Shown here in pieces: positions 8,124-16,548 of a DNA stretch of 41,015 nucleotides. Each line of letters opens with the position of its first letter. Position 1 is the stretch's first letter. The DNA lies in IMG/VR virus record IMGVR_UViG_2880389630_000006. One strand, written 5' to 3'. This DNA comes from a virus. Taxonomy: Duplodnaviria; Heunggongvirae; Uroviricota; Caudoviricetes. Both the position numbers and the translations under genes were made by a program. The notes below the pieces were generated by a model, which saw only the letters and a program-made list of their open reading frames with translations, searched no databases and had not been told where the DNA came from.

Positions 8124-8285
8124 ATGAAAAAAGCATTTGCTGCACTGTTCGTTTTGTTGTCTCTGGTAGCTTCAACTCAGGCCTTTGCCGGCCGTTGTCA
8201 GCACGACAGCGATACTGCCGCTGACGGCTCCCGCTGCGGTGGGCGTTCTGCGGATTCCCGCCCTGGCGGCGGTGGCATTCGTTAA
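8124..8285 (+). CDS. Possible small secreted Cys-containing peptide
   Basis: MKKAFAALFVLLSLVASTQAFA signal peptide then a 31-aa Gly/Arg/Asp-rich segment with 2 Cys; weak SD (alternative ATG at 8106). Speculative. Confidence 0.3.
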   Translation: MKKAFAALFVLLSLVASTQAFAGRCQHDSDTAADGSRCGGRSADSRPGGGGIR

Positions 8286-8308
8286 AAACAAGGCCGCGAA
8301 AGCGGCCT
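8282..8308 (-). terminator. Rho-independent terminator ending the minus-strand structural operon
   Basis: Perfect hairpin aggccgc-gaaa-gcggcct (8291-8308), followed on the minus strand by a T-run (plus-strand aaaaac at 8284-8289). Confidence 0.6.
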
Positions 8309-8320
8309 GTGACATGTCAC
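8309..8320. repeat. 12-bp perfect palindrome GTGACATGTCAC, copy 1 of 3 (function unknown)
   Basis: Exact sequence; lies between the lipoprotein stop codon and the terminator hairpin. Confidence 0.9.
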
Positions 8321-8323
8321 GAC

Positions 8324-8737
8324 TTATAAAGATGACTGATATTTTACAACTCTGTTCATGGCATCTTTTTTCACCGAGCTGATATCAGTTCTTATTTTGG
8401 CTTCGTCATTACTGCTTATCATGCTATTAATTTTTTGCACTGACATGCCGTTTCTTTCAGCCATTGCACATACAGCAGCATCGTATGAAGAACTCGCTGC
8501 GATGGATATCACCTTGTTACACTCAAACACAGCACCTTCAGCAATATCAGATGCCGATGAGGCTGGCTTGGTATAAGTCTTGACGTAGTGATCAATACAA
8601 CTATCCTTCGCCGTCTTGGCAAGAGAAAAATCCACTTTAACTTTGTCGCAATATGCCTTATCAACACCGTCATAAACATCATAGGATGTCGAGCAAGCGG
8701 ATATCAAAAATACCGATAACAGCAATAATTCCTTCAT
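8324..8737 (-). CDS. Lipoprotein, last gene of the structural operon (candidate receptor-masking or exclusion lipoprotein, or tail accessory protein)
   Basis: Lipobox LISAC after a signal peptide; SD aaggaac; 6 further Cys residues; immediately downstream of the 824-aa virion protein gene. Confidence 0.65.
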   Translation of the reverse strand: MKELLLLSVFLISACSTSYDVYDGVDKAYCDKVKVDFSLAKTAKDSCIDHYVKTYTKPASSASDIAEGAVFECNKVISIAASSSYDAAVCAMAERNGMSVQKINSMISSNDEAKIRTDISSVKKDAMNRVVKYQSSL

Positions 8738-8746
8738 TGTTGTTCC

Positions 8747-11221
8747 TTATTGCGGAGTGACATCCTGAGGTCGCCACCAGTATGTCTGGTTAAACTCTTT
8801 CTTCGAACGTTGCTCCATTTTACGCAAATAGCCTGGTGAAAAATACTCCTGCATCTGATTAAAGATCATGTGATCGAGAGCCGCCTTCAAGTACCAGAGA
8901 TTCGCACCAGGCATCAAACCTTTCCCAAGCTTAACCAGATCACCACCAGTCTGCTCATTCTTCCCTTCCACAGCATTTAACGGTATGCCCTGAGCAATCT
9001 TCACTACGTCATCAACCAGACCAGCTACCGGGCCAAGCATCGACGCTAGTGCGCCGCTCCCGTACCTGGTGTGGTCAGAGAAAAGAAAATCACCATACAA
9101 CCCTGCCCCACCACCTTTTAAAAATGCATTTATCCAGAATTTAACCATGTTGTCACCGGTCATTTCTTTTGGATTTCTCCCATTAATAAGATCAGTAATC
9201 TGCATGGAAAGAGCACCAAGCATGGTTGTGCTTGCTAAAAACGTTGCTATATATGCCGCACGCCCACCAGCAGACGGCATACCCATAGCGCGTGACCAGT
9301 GACGCATAACAACCGAGATAGGGAACGATTTAAACAGGAAAACACTTCTCGTTAATTCACCTTTCCATGTTCCACGCTGAAGACCAGACCCTACGAACAT
9401 CTGTTCACGTGCGCCCGGTGTAATAACAGCCATATCAACTTCTTCAGTTACGGCACCGAGCAGTTTACGCATTGCCTCAAATTTCACGCGTTCAGACTCA
9501 CCAAGATGTTTAACTGCTGAATCAGGGATACGCATAATGCTTTCCGGTGTCAGCATCGTATTATTACCGTTCCCCCAGTCCTCCTGTTGCGCCAGCTTCC
9601 ATACGCTCCAGTCTGTGTCAGTAATCCCTTTGCTTTTCAGGATACGAAAATCAGAGTCATCGAGGCTACGAAGGTCTGGTGTCCGTGACACTACTTCTCC
9701 CAGGCTTCCCATCATGGTTACGCCATAAGCGCGCTTGTGCGCATCTGACCATGCTGTAAGCCCACTGGCACGCATTACCGCCGTTGCCGCCCAACGAGAT
9801 ACTGACGGCCCCATATTATCCATCGCCCAGCGGTTAACGCTGCCAAGTAGAGATTCCATCGCCAGACCAGCGCGGCGCGCCCGCGCAAGTTCTGTACGGT
9901 TCGTTGGGTCCATAGCTTCAAGCTGGTTGCGGAATAACTGGTTCATTGGAAGGTTGGTCACCTTCGCAGACAGATACATGGTTCCAAGATCAGAGAACGA
10001 TGACAGCAACGCGGATCCGAGTCTGCTGGCAACCAGCCAGTTGCGGATATTGTCAGACCATCGCGCGATGTGCGGATTCGCTACAGGCTGTGTCTTTCCG
10101 GAAATAAAGTTGTACAGATTCTCTGTTTTGTTCGCCAGCCGCTCGACGCTACCGGTTTTACTCGGGTTAGCTGTTGCCGTTTCTGCCTTCACCTGATCAA
10201 GAAGGGAACGGAAAACATGATCGGGGTTTGGACCATATGTTTCCACCAAAGCAATATCTTTACTGATACCTTCCAGGTGACCGACCATGATTTCCCATAG
10301 AGAGCGATCGCCATAAAGTTGCTGATATTGCAGATAGGAATCTGCATCTTTGAAATGTATCTGTCGTGATGCATTACCACGGTTAGCACGTGCGCCGGAA
10401 ATTCGCATTCCGGTATCAGTAAGCTTATTCAGCCCACCAGTAGCGATCGTGTTATAAGCCTCTCCAAGAAATGCAGACAACTCGGCATCGTTCATCAGTT
10501 GTCCATCGGCTCGGGTATAATATTTGCGATCCAGCTTACCTATAACATCGCTAACCCACTTATCCTTTGATACCGCCCCAACCTTTTCCATAGAATGATG
10601 TTGAGGGATCCCCCAGTTTTCGAGATAGCCAATGTCCCCACCAGCATCATTAAACCGGCGGCGCAGCAGCTCTGTAACTTCTCTCCACGCCTTAGCACCT
10701 TTTCTTGCTTTAGCATTGCCAGTATTTTGCCCCCGCATTTCATATACCAGGTCACGTACGCCCGCTTCATCTTCAAACAGGCCAAAAAAGCGAGGATCAA
10801 CTGCTTCAAATGCCTCCTGCAATTGACTCAATGCATAATCACGAGTGGCTTTTGTTCTGGATTCAACAGAGAGGAAATTCGATTTACCGTCTGCATTAAA
10901 AGCAATAGTACGGTTAAGAGCGCCAAGTTTCCCATCAGCCCCTTGATAGCTATTGATAAATTTATCCAATCTCTGACGTGCGGCTATAGTGAGGGCCACA
11001 CGACGTTTCTTTAATGCCGCTTCTCGCTGTAATTCTTCAGATGCCAATTGTGCTGCACGATACAACCGTTCTGATTCGGAAAGTTGTCGCCACGACATAG
11101 GGTCATCACGAGCAATGGAGCGCATATTTCGATAAATGCGGTCTTCAATGTTCTGTATTTCTCGCGCCGTTAACGTGCGCTGCGCCGCCTGCTGGACCGC
11201 TTGTATACATTCCTGTCTCAT
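8747..11221 (-). CDS. Large virion internal / ejection protein (T7 gp16-like position)
   Basis: 824 aa, no TM or enzymatic motif recognised; assigned by position in the structural operon. Confidence 0.55.
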   Translation of the reverse strand: MRQECIQAVQQAAQRTLTAREIQNIEDRIYRNMRSIARDDPMSWRQLSESERLYRAAQLASEELQREAALKKRRVALTIAARQRLDKFINSYQGADGKLGALNRTIAFNADGKSNFLSVESRTKATRDYALSQLQEAFEAVDPRFFGLFEDEAGVRDLVYEMRGQNTGNAKARKGAKAWREVTELLRRRFNDAGGDIGYLENWGIPQHHSMEKVGAVSKDKWVSDVIGKLDRKYYTRADGQLMNDAELSAFLGEAYNTIATGGLNKLTDTGMRISGARANRGNASRQIHFKDADSYLQYQQLYGDRSLWEIMVGHLEGISKDIALVETYGPNPDHVFRSLLDQVKAETATANPSKTGSVERLANKTENLYNFISGKTQPVANPHIARWSDNIRNWLVASRLGSALLSSFSDLGTMYLSAKVTNLPMNQLFRNQLEAMDPTNRTELARARRAGLAMESLLGSVNRWAMDNMGPSVSRWAATAVMRASGLTAWSDAHKRAYGVTMMGSLGEVVSRTPDLRSLDDSDFRILKSKGITDTDWSVWKLAQQEDWGNGNNTMLTPESIMRIPDSAVKHLGESERVKFEAMRKLLGAVTEEVDMAVITPGAREQMFVGSGLQRGTWKGELTRSVFLFKSFPISVVMRHWSRAMGMPSAGGRAAYIATFLASTTMLGALSMQITDLINGRNPKEMTGDNMVKFWINAFLKGGGAGLYGDFLFSDHTRYGSGALASMLGPVAGLVDDVVKIAQGIPLNAVEGKNEQTGGDLVKLGKGLMPGANLWYLKAALDHMIFNQMQEYFSPGYLRKMEQRSKKEFNQTYWWRPQDVTPQ

Positions 11222-11226
11222 TTAAT

Positions 11227-13029
11227 TTAACCTCTCAAGAAACACGCCACAGCGACATCAAACAGGCTGGAATCCTGTATTGCCTGCTCACTTTCCCTGT
11301 TCGCTTCATCCAGCACTTCACGCGCGCTGCGCGATTGTGGATTACCATCATCATCCAGCACGGTGATTATCATGTCAGGTGATTCAAGCAGCGAGTCTTC
11401 AGCTATGCGCAGATCAATATCTCCTGCCTGATCCGCCATCATTTTTTGTTCTGCATGTTGCAATATTTTATCAGGCTCAAAAGGAGCTACTTCGTCTGGC
11501 GTCCTGACCTCTGCTGTTTTATAGAATGAAACAGCCTGAGCATTAAGTTCACTTTCTGCCTGCTGTCTCCGAGCCAGTTCTGCTCGAGCTTCAAAAAACT
11601 GACCGCCAGGCTCATGCGGTGCCAACGCGTTACGGGAAAATTCCAGGCGTTCTTGTGCCTGCCGGATTCGTTGTTCAATATCGCGAATTCTGGCCTGTTT
11701 ATCTGATCGAGCACGAGACAAAGCTTTACCGCTACCAGTTGGCTCTTCTGCAAGAATTTGTGCACGCTGTTCAGTGAGATTTTCAATAATTCGTTGGCTA
11801 TTAGCGATTTCAGACTGGTAAACCTGTCTATCTCCACGCGGCAAAAGCTGCGCGGCCTGTTCTTCAAGCAACCGATTTTCTATAGCGCGCGCCGTTACTC
11901 CATCATCTACAGATGACAGAGCCTCATTAACTGCCTGAGACAGCAGACTCTTGCGCCCAGGAATTTCACTGAAAGATGCAGACTCAACAATGCTGGCAAC
12001 GTCTACAGGTCTCCCCTGGCTAACATCAGACATAGCTTTTCGCAGAGCCTGAATGTGAGAATTGCGCGAAAGCACGTTGATCGGCACGCCGGGCGCAATA
12101 TCAATTTCAGCATGATGAGCGGCATTCGCCGCCAGTGCAGCATCAACATCAACTGGTGAAAAATTTGGTGCGCTTGTAGACTCGCCGCGAGAGTTAATAA
12201 ATCTGCCGACTCCACCAAAAGCCACCCCAAGAACAGCATCAATAGCAATTGCCTGTCGATCCAACACATCATACTGGTTAGCCATTTCGCTATAGCCACC
12301 ATCACGAAGCGTTTTTGCAGTAAGCCCGCGCTGTGCCATACCGAACGCAATATTTGTACCTGCGGCATAGGCAATATCTGGCGTTGCACGTACTGCTGTT
12401 GCCGCGGCGCGTCGCACTGAACTTTCACCCGTCCGCGCAAGCTGAGCCGCCACACCTTCCGCCAGCGCACCACCAGCACGTAACCCGAGACTCATAGGGA
12501 TCAGTGTTCCGGCACCAGCAGTAATACCCTGCACTAATCCCGCTTCCTGCGCCGTCCTGAAATCAACCCCCTGCGCTGTCAGTCGTTCAAACTCAGAAAA
12601 ACCCTGTAGCGAAGTTACCGCCGCAGCACCTCCGACCGGACCACCGAGCGTTGTACCGACAACAGCCTGCCCGCCCATATCGAACAACCCATAAAGAACC
12701 TGCCCTGCGGTTCCGGTTGTCGCGGCATCAGGCGTCAGCCGCTTAACCTGCTGCTCTGCTAGTTTTCTCTGCTCGGCAATGTATGAAACTGAAGTGTCAT
12801 TGAGCGAGGTGTTTTCGTTAACAAACTGAGCAATCGGGGATACGATTTTATCCATCCCTGCCCATAGCAACTGATCTGGCTTTGCCACCAGCCCGGAGTA
12901 CAAACCAGACAATGCCGCTCCTACAGCATTGTCGAAAAAACCAACATCGCTGTTAAAGCCAACTGGATTTGATGCTGCTTCGTCAAGCTGCTGATTCTGG
13001 TTTACTGGATTAAGGCCAAAGTAACTCAT
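11227..13029 (-). CDS. Virion internal protein, Gly/Ala-rich
   Basis: 600 aa, Ala/Gly-rich central region and coiled-coil C-terminal half; positional assignment. Confidence 0.55.
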   Translation of the reverse strand: MSYFGLNPVNQNQQLDEAASNPVGFNSDVGFFDNAVGAALSGLYSGLVAKPDQLLWAGMDKIVSPIAQFVNENTSLNDTSVSYIAEQRKLAEQQVKRLTPDAATTGTAGQVLYGLFDMGGQAVVGTTLGGPVGGAAAVTSLQGFSEFERLTAQGVDFRTAQEAGLVQGITAGAGTLIPMSLGLRAGGALAEGVAAQLARTGESSVRRAAATAVRATPDIAYAAGTNIAFGMAQRGLTAKTLRDGGYSEMANQYDVLDRQAIAIDAVLGVAFGGVGRFINSRGESTSAPNFSPVDVDAALAANAAHHAEIDIAPGVPINVLSRNSHIQALRKAMSDVSQGRPVDVASIVESASFSEIPGRKSLLSQAVNEALSSVDDGVTARAIENRLLEEQAAQLLPRGDRQVYQSEIANSQRIIENLTEQRAQILAEEPTGSGKALSRARSDKQARIRDIEQRIRQAQERLEFSRNALAPHEPGGQFFEARAELARRQQAESELNAQAVSFYKTAEVRTPDEVAPFEPDKILQHAEQKMMADQAGDIDLRIAEDSLLESPDMIITVLDDDGNPQSRSAREVLDEANRESEQAIQDSSLFDVAVACFLRG

Positions 13030-15539
13030 TGCGGAATATCTCCGGAGAATCTCTGACGCTTCTGTGTCAGATCAAGAACAACGGGAGAACCATCATCTTT
13101 TAGCAGATAACCAGTACCAAGTTTCACCAGGTACTGACTATCGCCGTAACTTTGCAAACCATACTGACCAGGCGGTGTTTTTATCCCTGTGCCAACAACT
13201 TGTTCACTCCAAGCCTGATTAACCTGCTTATCGAATTGCTCTGCAGACATTCCCCACGGCAAAAGAACATTCCCCATTCCGTTATAGTCATGCACGCCAC
13301 CTGTAGCTACGTTAACAGCCTGTTTCCAGATATCATTGTCAATTTCGCCTGATACCACGCCTTTTTTCGCCATCACACCAGCGTAATAGTCCTTTGCGAT
13401 CTCGTATGCCATTGATGCCCCCTGAGCATCACCAGCAAATGCATCCTTCACCATGTCAGAAAACTCAAGGCGAAGATCAGCATCTTTAGGCATCGGAATA
13501 CCTTTCGCGTCATCAGTACCTTTACGAGCCGCCGCGCCAGCAAGAATTGTCTGCGCAGCGGTTTCTGGAGACACGGAAACATCCGGATTAAACCAGTTTT
13601 TTTCTGCCAAAATACCACCTGGCTTATCCATCAGTATCCCGGCAACGGCAGCAGATGGAGCGTTGGCACTGATCTGCTGTAGTGCTGACATATACACCTG
13701 CCCACCACCAGTGCTCTGCCTGATGGTATCGAGATATGCTGCCTGTTGGGAAACGGGCGCATCACGAAAGAAAACACCGATCTGATTGGCCTCGTCTTTG
13801 GAAAAGAACGTCAGTGGAGTGCCATATGACTTAGCAAGGTCACTGACCTGAGCAGCACGCAAGGCAACGCTCTGTCCAAAGTTATCCTTATTGCTCATGT
13901 CGATAGGCTTTGCCTGTCCGGCGGCAAGAGAGAACTGCACAGGATCCGATTGCCGCTGCTTTATCACCTGATTTGCAGCCGAAACAACGTTGTCATAAAG
14001 AGCTGCGCGTGCCGCATACCCCTCCCCTGTCTCACCAGTATCCGGGCGTAATTGCTCAACATATGCTGTAATGCTGCTTGTCGGCATGTTGCGGAAAGAG
14101 CCTATATACTGTCCGGCGATCTGCGTATTCTTAAACTCGGTATATCGCAGGTTTCCTTCTCTGACTCCATAAGCTGCAATAAAATCAGCCTCACCAGGTG
14201 GGTTAGGAAATTCAACTCCACGCATATACGCAGCTGTTGCATCTCGAACCTGGCTGTCAATCATCGTTTTATATTCAGCCTGCTGCTGCCGACGCAGTTG
14301 ACCAGCCTGTCGCATAAAACTTGCCTGCGCCTCAGGAGATGCCGCATCGAATGCTGCATTACCGGTATAGCGTTTGGTGTTGGTTGGAATTGTTGATAAA
14401 CCAAGTGCTGCACTGACACCAGCAGTTAACTGCTGATCACTGTATGGCTGGCTACCGTTCTCATGATGGATAATGGCTGCACAAAGCGCCTTCAGGGTAT
14501 CAGGATTTGATGCATCGAGAGGCTCATCAGCAGAAACGCCAAGTTGTTCGCACACCGCTTTGATATACGACATTGTGTCATTTTTATCAGTGGGCGGTGC
14601 CCAGCGATTAATTATCTCGCTGACGGTATCAATACCCTGCCGCTGATACGACATCAGGTTCCGCCCTAATGCACGAATCCCGTGTTCAGGTGTTTCGAAT
14701 TTAGCAAATCGACCATCATCACCGGTCTGGCCTACCCACGGATTAGTTTTGCTGTATTCGAGATTTCCTGGGTTATTGTTGCGTATGCCACGGGCACGCT
14801 CGGAAGAGTCACTATCTGCTACAGCACGGCGAGCTCCAGCAGCAGTATCACTTAACTCGCCATTACTTTGGATGAATGCGGTCGCATTGTTTGCCGACCA
14901 CTGGGACAATGCAGCATCAGCAACCTTCTCTTTAAACTCGATTTTCTTGGCCTGGATTTGCTCGTCACTCCAGCCATGTGCAATGCCGTAATCCTCAATT
15001 TGCTGGAAAGTTTGCTTATTAGCCAATACGTATGCGGCGTTGTCGCCATACAATGCTGCGGCATTTTTACCATTGTTCAGCAGCGTAGCCTGAAACTGGC
15101 CTTCTTCGTAGGCATTTATTTGCCCTATCTCGTGCCGCCCTGCCTGCGTAGTGAACTGAATGCGCTGCTGCTGCGCCTGCTGCATGAAAGCATTACGAGC
15201 CTGTTCATCCGGCAGCGACATAGCCAGTTGTTCGACCTGAGCATCAAACTGCTGCGTATACTCATGGCCTTTTCCAATAGCATTTTTCCCTTTCAGGTTA
15301 AGCAATCCTGTTTCAGGATTATTCAGCAGATCACTGCTTATCTGACTGAGGTTAAGAGATGCCTCCTGAGCCAGAGCGATATTGGCACGCTGTTTTGCCT
15401 GACCAAAAACATCAATTGCCTCTGTCCCTGCCCGAACAAAAGCATCACCAATACCTGGCTGAGAAAACGTCTGCAAGCCTGCTGACTGAACTCCACGGCT
15501 CTGAACCTGACGGCCGGATACTGTTGGTACGACTGGCAT
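13026..15539 (-). CDS. Large virion internal / ejection protein (T7 gp15-like position)
   Basis: ATG at 15539 (MPVVPTVSG...) preceded by GGAGG and overlapping the upstream stop (TAATG); the track's 25-residue N-terminal extension is rejected. Confidence 0.55.
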   Translation of the reverse strand: MPVVPTVSGRQVQSRGVQSAGLQTFSQPGIGDAFVRAGTEAIDVFGQAKQRANIALAQEASLNLSQISSDLLNNPETGLLNLKGKNAIGKGHEYTQQFDAQVEQLAMSLPDEQARNAFMQQAQQQRIQFTTQAGRHEIGQINAYEEGQFQATLLNNGKNAAALYGDNAAYVLANKQTFQQIEDYGIAHGWSDEQIQAKKIEFKEKVADAALSQWSANNATAFIQSNGELSDTAAGARRAVADSDSSERARGIRNNNPGNLEYSKTNPWVGQTGDDGRFAKFETPEHGIRALGRNLMSYQRQGIDTVSEIINRWAPPTDKNDTMSYIKAVCEQLGVSADEPLDASNPDTLKALCAAIIHHENGSQPYSDQQLTAGVSAALGLSTIPTNTKRYTGNAAFDAASPEAQASFMRQAGQLRRQQQAEYKTMIDSQVRDATAAYMRGVEFPNPPGEADFIAAYGVREGNLRYTEFKNTQIAGQYIGSFRNMPTSSITAYVEQLRPDTGETGEGYAARAALYDNVVSAANQVIKQRQSDPVQFSLAAGQAKPIDMSNKDNFGQSVALRAAQVSDLAKSYGTPLTFFSKDEANQIGVFFRDAPVSQQAAYLDTIRQSTGGGQVYMSALQQISANAPSAAVAGILMDKPGGILAEKNWFNPDVSVSPETAAQTILAGAAARKGTDDAKGIPMPKDADLRLEFSDMVKDAFAGDAQGASMAYEIAKDYYAGVMAKKGVVSGEIDNDIWKQAVNVATGGVHDYNGMGNVLLPWGMSAEQFDKQVNQAWSEQVVGTGIKTPPGQYGLQSYGDSQYLVKLGTGYLLKDDGSPVVLDLTQKRQRFSGDIPQ

Positions 15540-16084
15540 TATAATCCTCCGGGTAATCTGGTTCCTGCTGCTGCCCCGATTGGCGCAGGGGTGCTTTGAG
15601 TAAACGGACTCCACGTCCCACCAAACATCTGGTACGCACCGTATGCCTTCAGAGGCGCAGTGAGCAATGTTGTTGCTGCTCCTACATTCCCCTGTTTACG
15701 GGCTGAACTGGCTTCTGCTTTATAGTTGGCAGCCTGAACCTGATAACCGTAAGCCTCGCGTTGCGCGTTATTCACCGTCGTCAGAGAATCAAGAGCGCCA
15801 AACTGGGCAGTGTCGCCAAATATATCCAGCGCGTTACCTGTAGATAAATCAGCGCCGGTAGCCCCCATTGTCGCCGCCTGTGTACCAAGCCGCTGTCGGG
15901 TCTCTCTGCGCCGTTGCTCAGCTTCAGCGTTACCTCTGTTTATTGCATCATTTGCCTGAGCAGTGGCTATATCTGCGTTCGCTTCTGCAACCTTCGAGGC
16001 ATACTTTCCCTGTTGGTACTGGGTGTATGCCTGAATGCCACTCATGGCGAGCATTGCGCCACCAGCAATAACCGGATCGCACAT
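15539..16084 (-). CDS. Small virion internal protein (T7 gp14-like position)
   Basis: 181 aa, Ala/Gln-rich; translationally coupled to its neighbours. Confidence 0.5.
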   Translation of the reverse strand: MCDPVIAGGAMLAMSGIQAYTQYQQGKYASKVAEANADIATAQANDAINRGNAEAEQRRRETRQRLGTQAATMGATGADLSTGNALDIFGDTAQFGALDSLTTVNNAQREAYGYQVQAANYKAEASSARKQGNVGAATTLLTAPLKAYGAYQMFGGTWSPFTQSTPAPIGAAAGTRLPGGL

Positions 16085-16548
16085 TATTTTCTCTCCATGT
16101 GAAATCTGTGGAAATTAAGACCAAGAGCACCATAAGGCGCGGCCTCTTCAAGCCTGAATCCAAGCCAGTGCAGCCATGCTTTGGCAACATGGTTTCGCTC
16201 GTCGACGTAGTTTTCCAGGCGCGGATAAACTGCCAGCATCTGCTGCAATAAAGGTCGGCAGTGGCGAAGAAATGTCTTCTGATATTTTTCAATACGGCTG
16301 GTTCCGACCAGCCAGGGCGTACCATTGCCACCGATCATTGACGCCGGAGATACGCCAAACATGGTTACCAGTTCTCCGTTCGCAAATCCTGACCAGGCCA
16401 TAGTCGCAGTACGCAGACCAACACGCAGCGCATCTTCGGTAGTCATCAGTGATACCGCATACAGTTCGTCAATATCAGCCTGACGAACATCCGGCAAAAT
16501 CATCTGAAGATGCTCTTCGGTAGCGGGAATAATTCGAACATCGATCAT
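16084..16548 (-). CDS. Virion protein (T7 gp13-like position)
   Basis: 154 aa; start overlaps the stop of the upstream tail gene. Confidence 0.5.
   Translation of the reverse strand: MIDVRIIPATEEHLQMILPDVRQADIDELYAVSLMTTEDALRVGLRTATMAWSGFANGELVTMFGVSPASMIGGNGTPWLVGTSRIEKYQKTFLRHCRPLLQQMLAVYPRLENYVDERNHVAKAWLHWLGFRLEEAAPYGALGLNFHRFHMERK

Noticed and set aside
8309-8320. GTGACATGTCAC considered as a CRP binding site
   Set aside because: CRP consensus is TGTGA-N6-TCACA; here the half-sites are separated by 2-4 bp, so the spacing is incompatible.
13026-15614. Peptidoglycan-hydrolase domain in the 837-aa internal virion protein
   Set aside because: A segment (GIRNNNPGNLEY...) looked vaguely enzyme-like, but I could not match it to a lysozyme or transglycosylase catalytic motif with confidence, so no enzymatic call is made.
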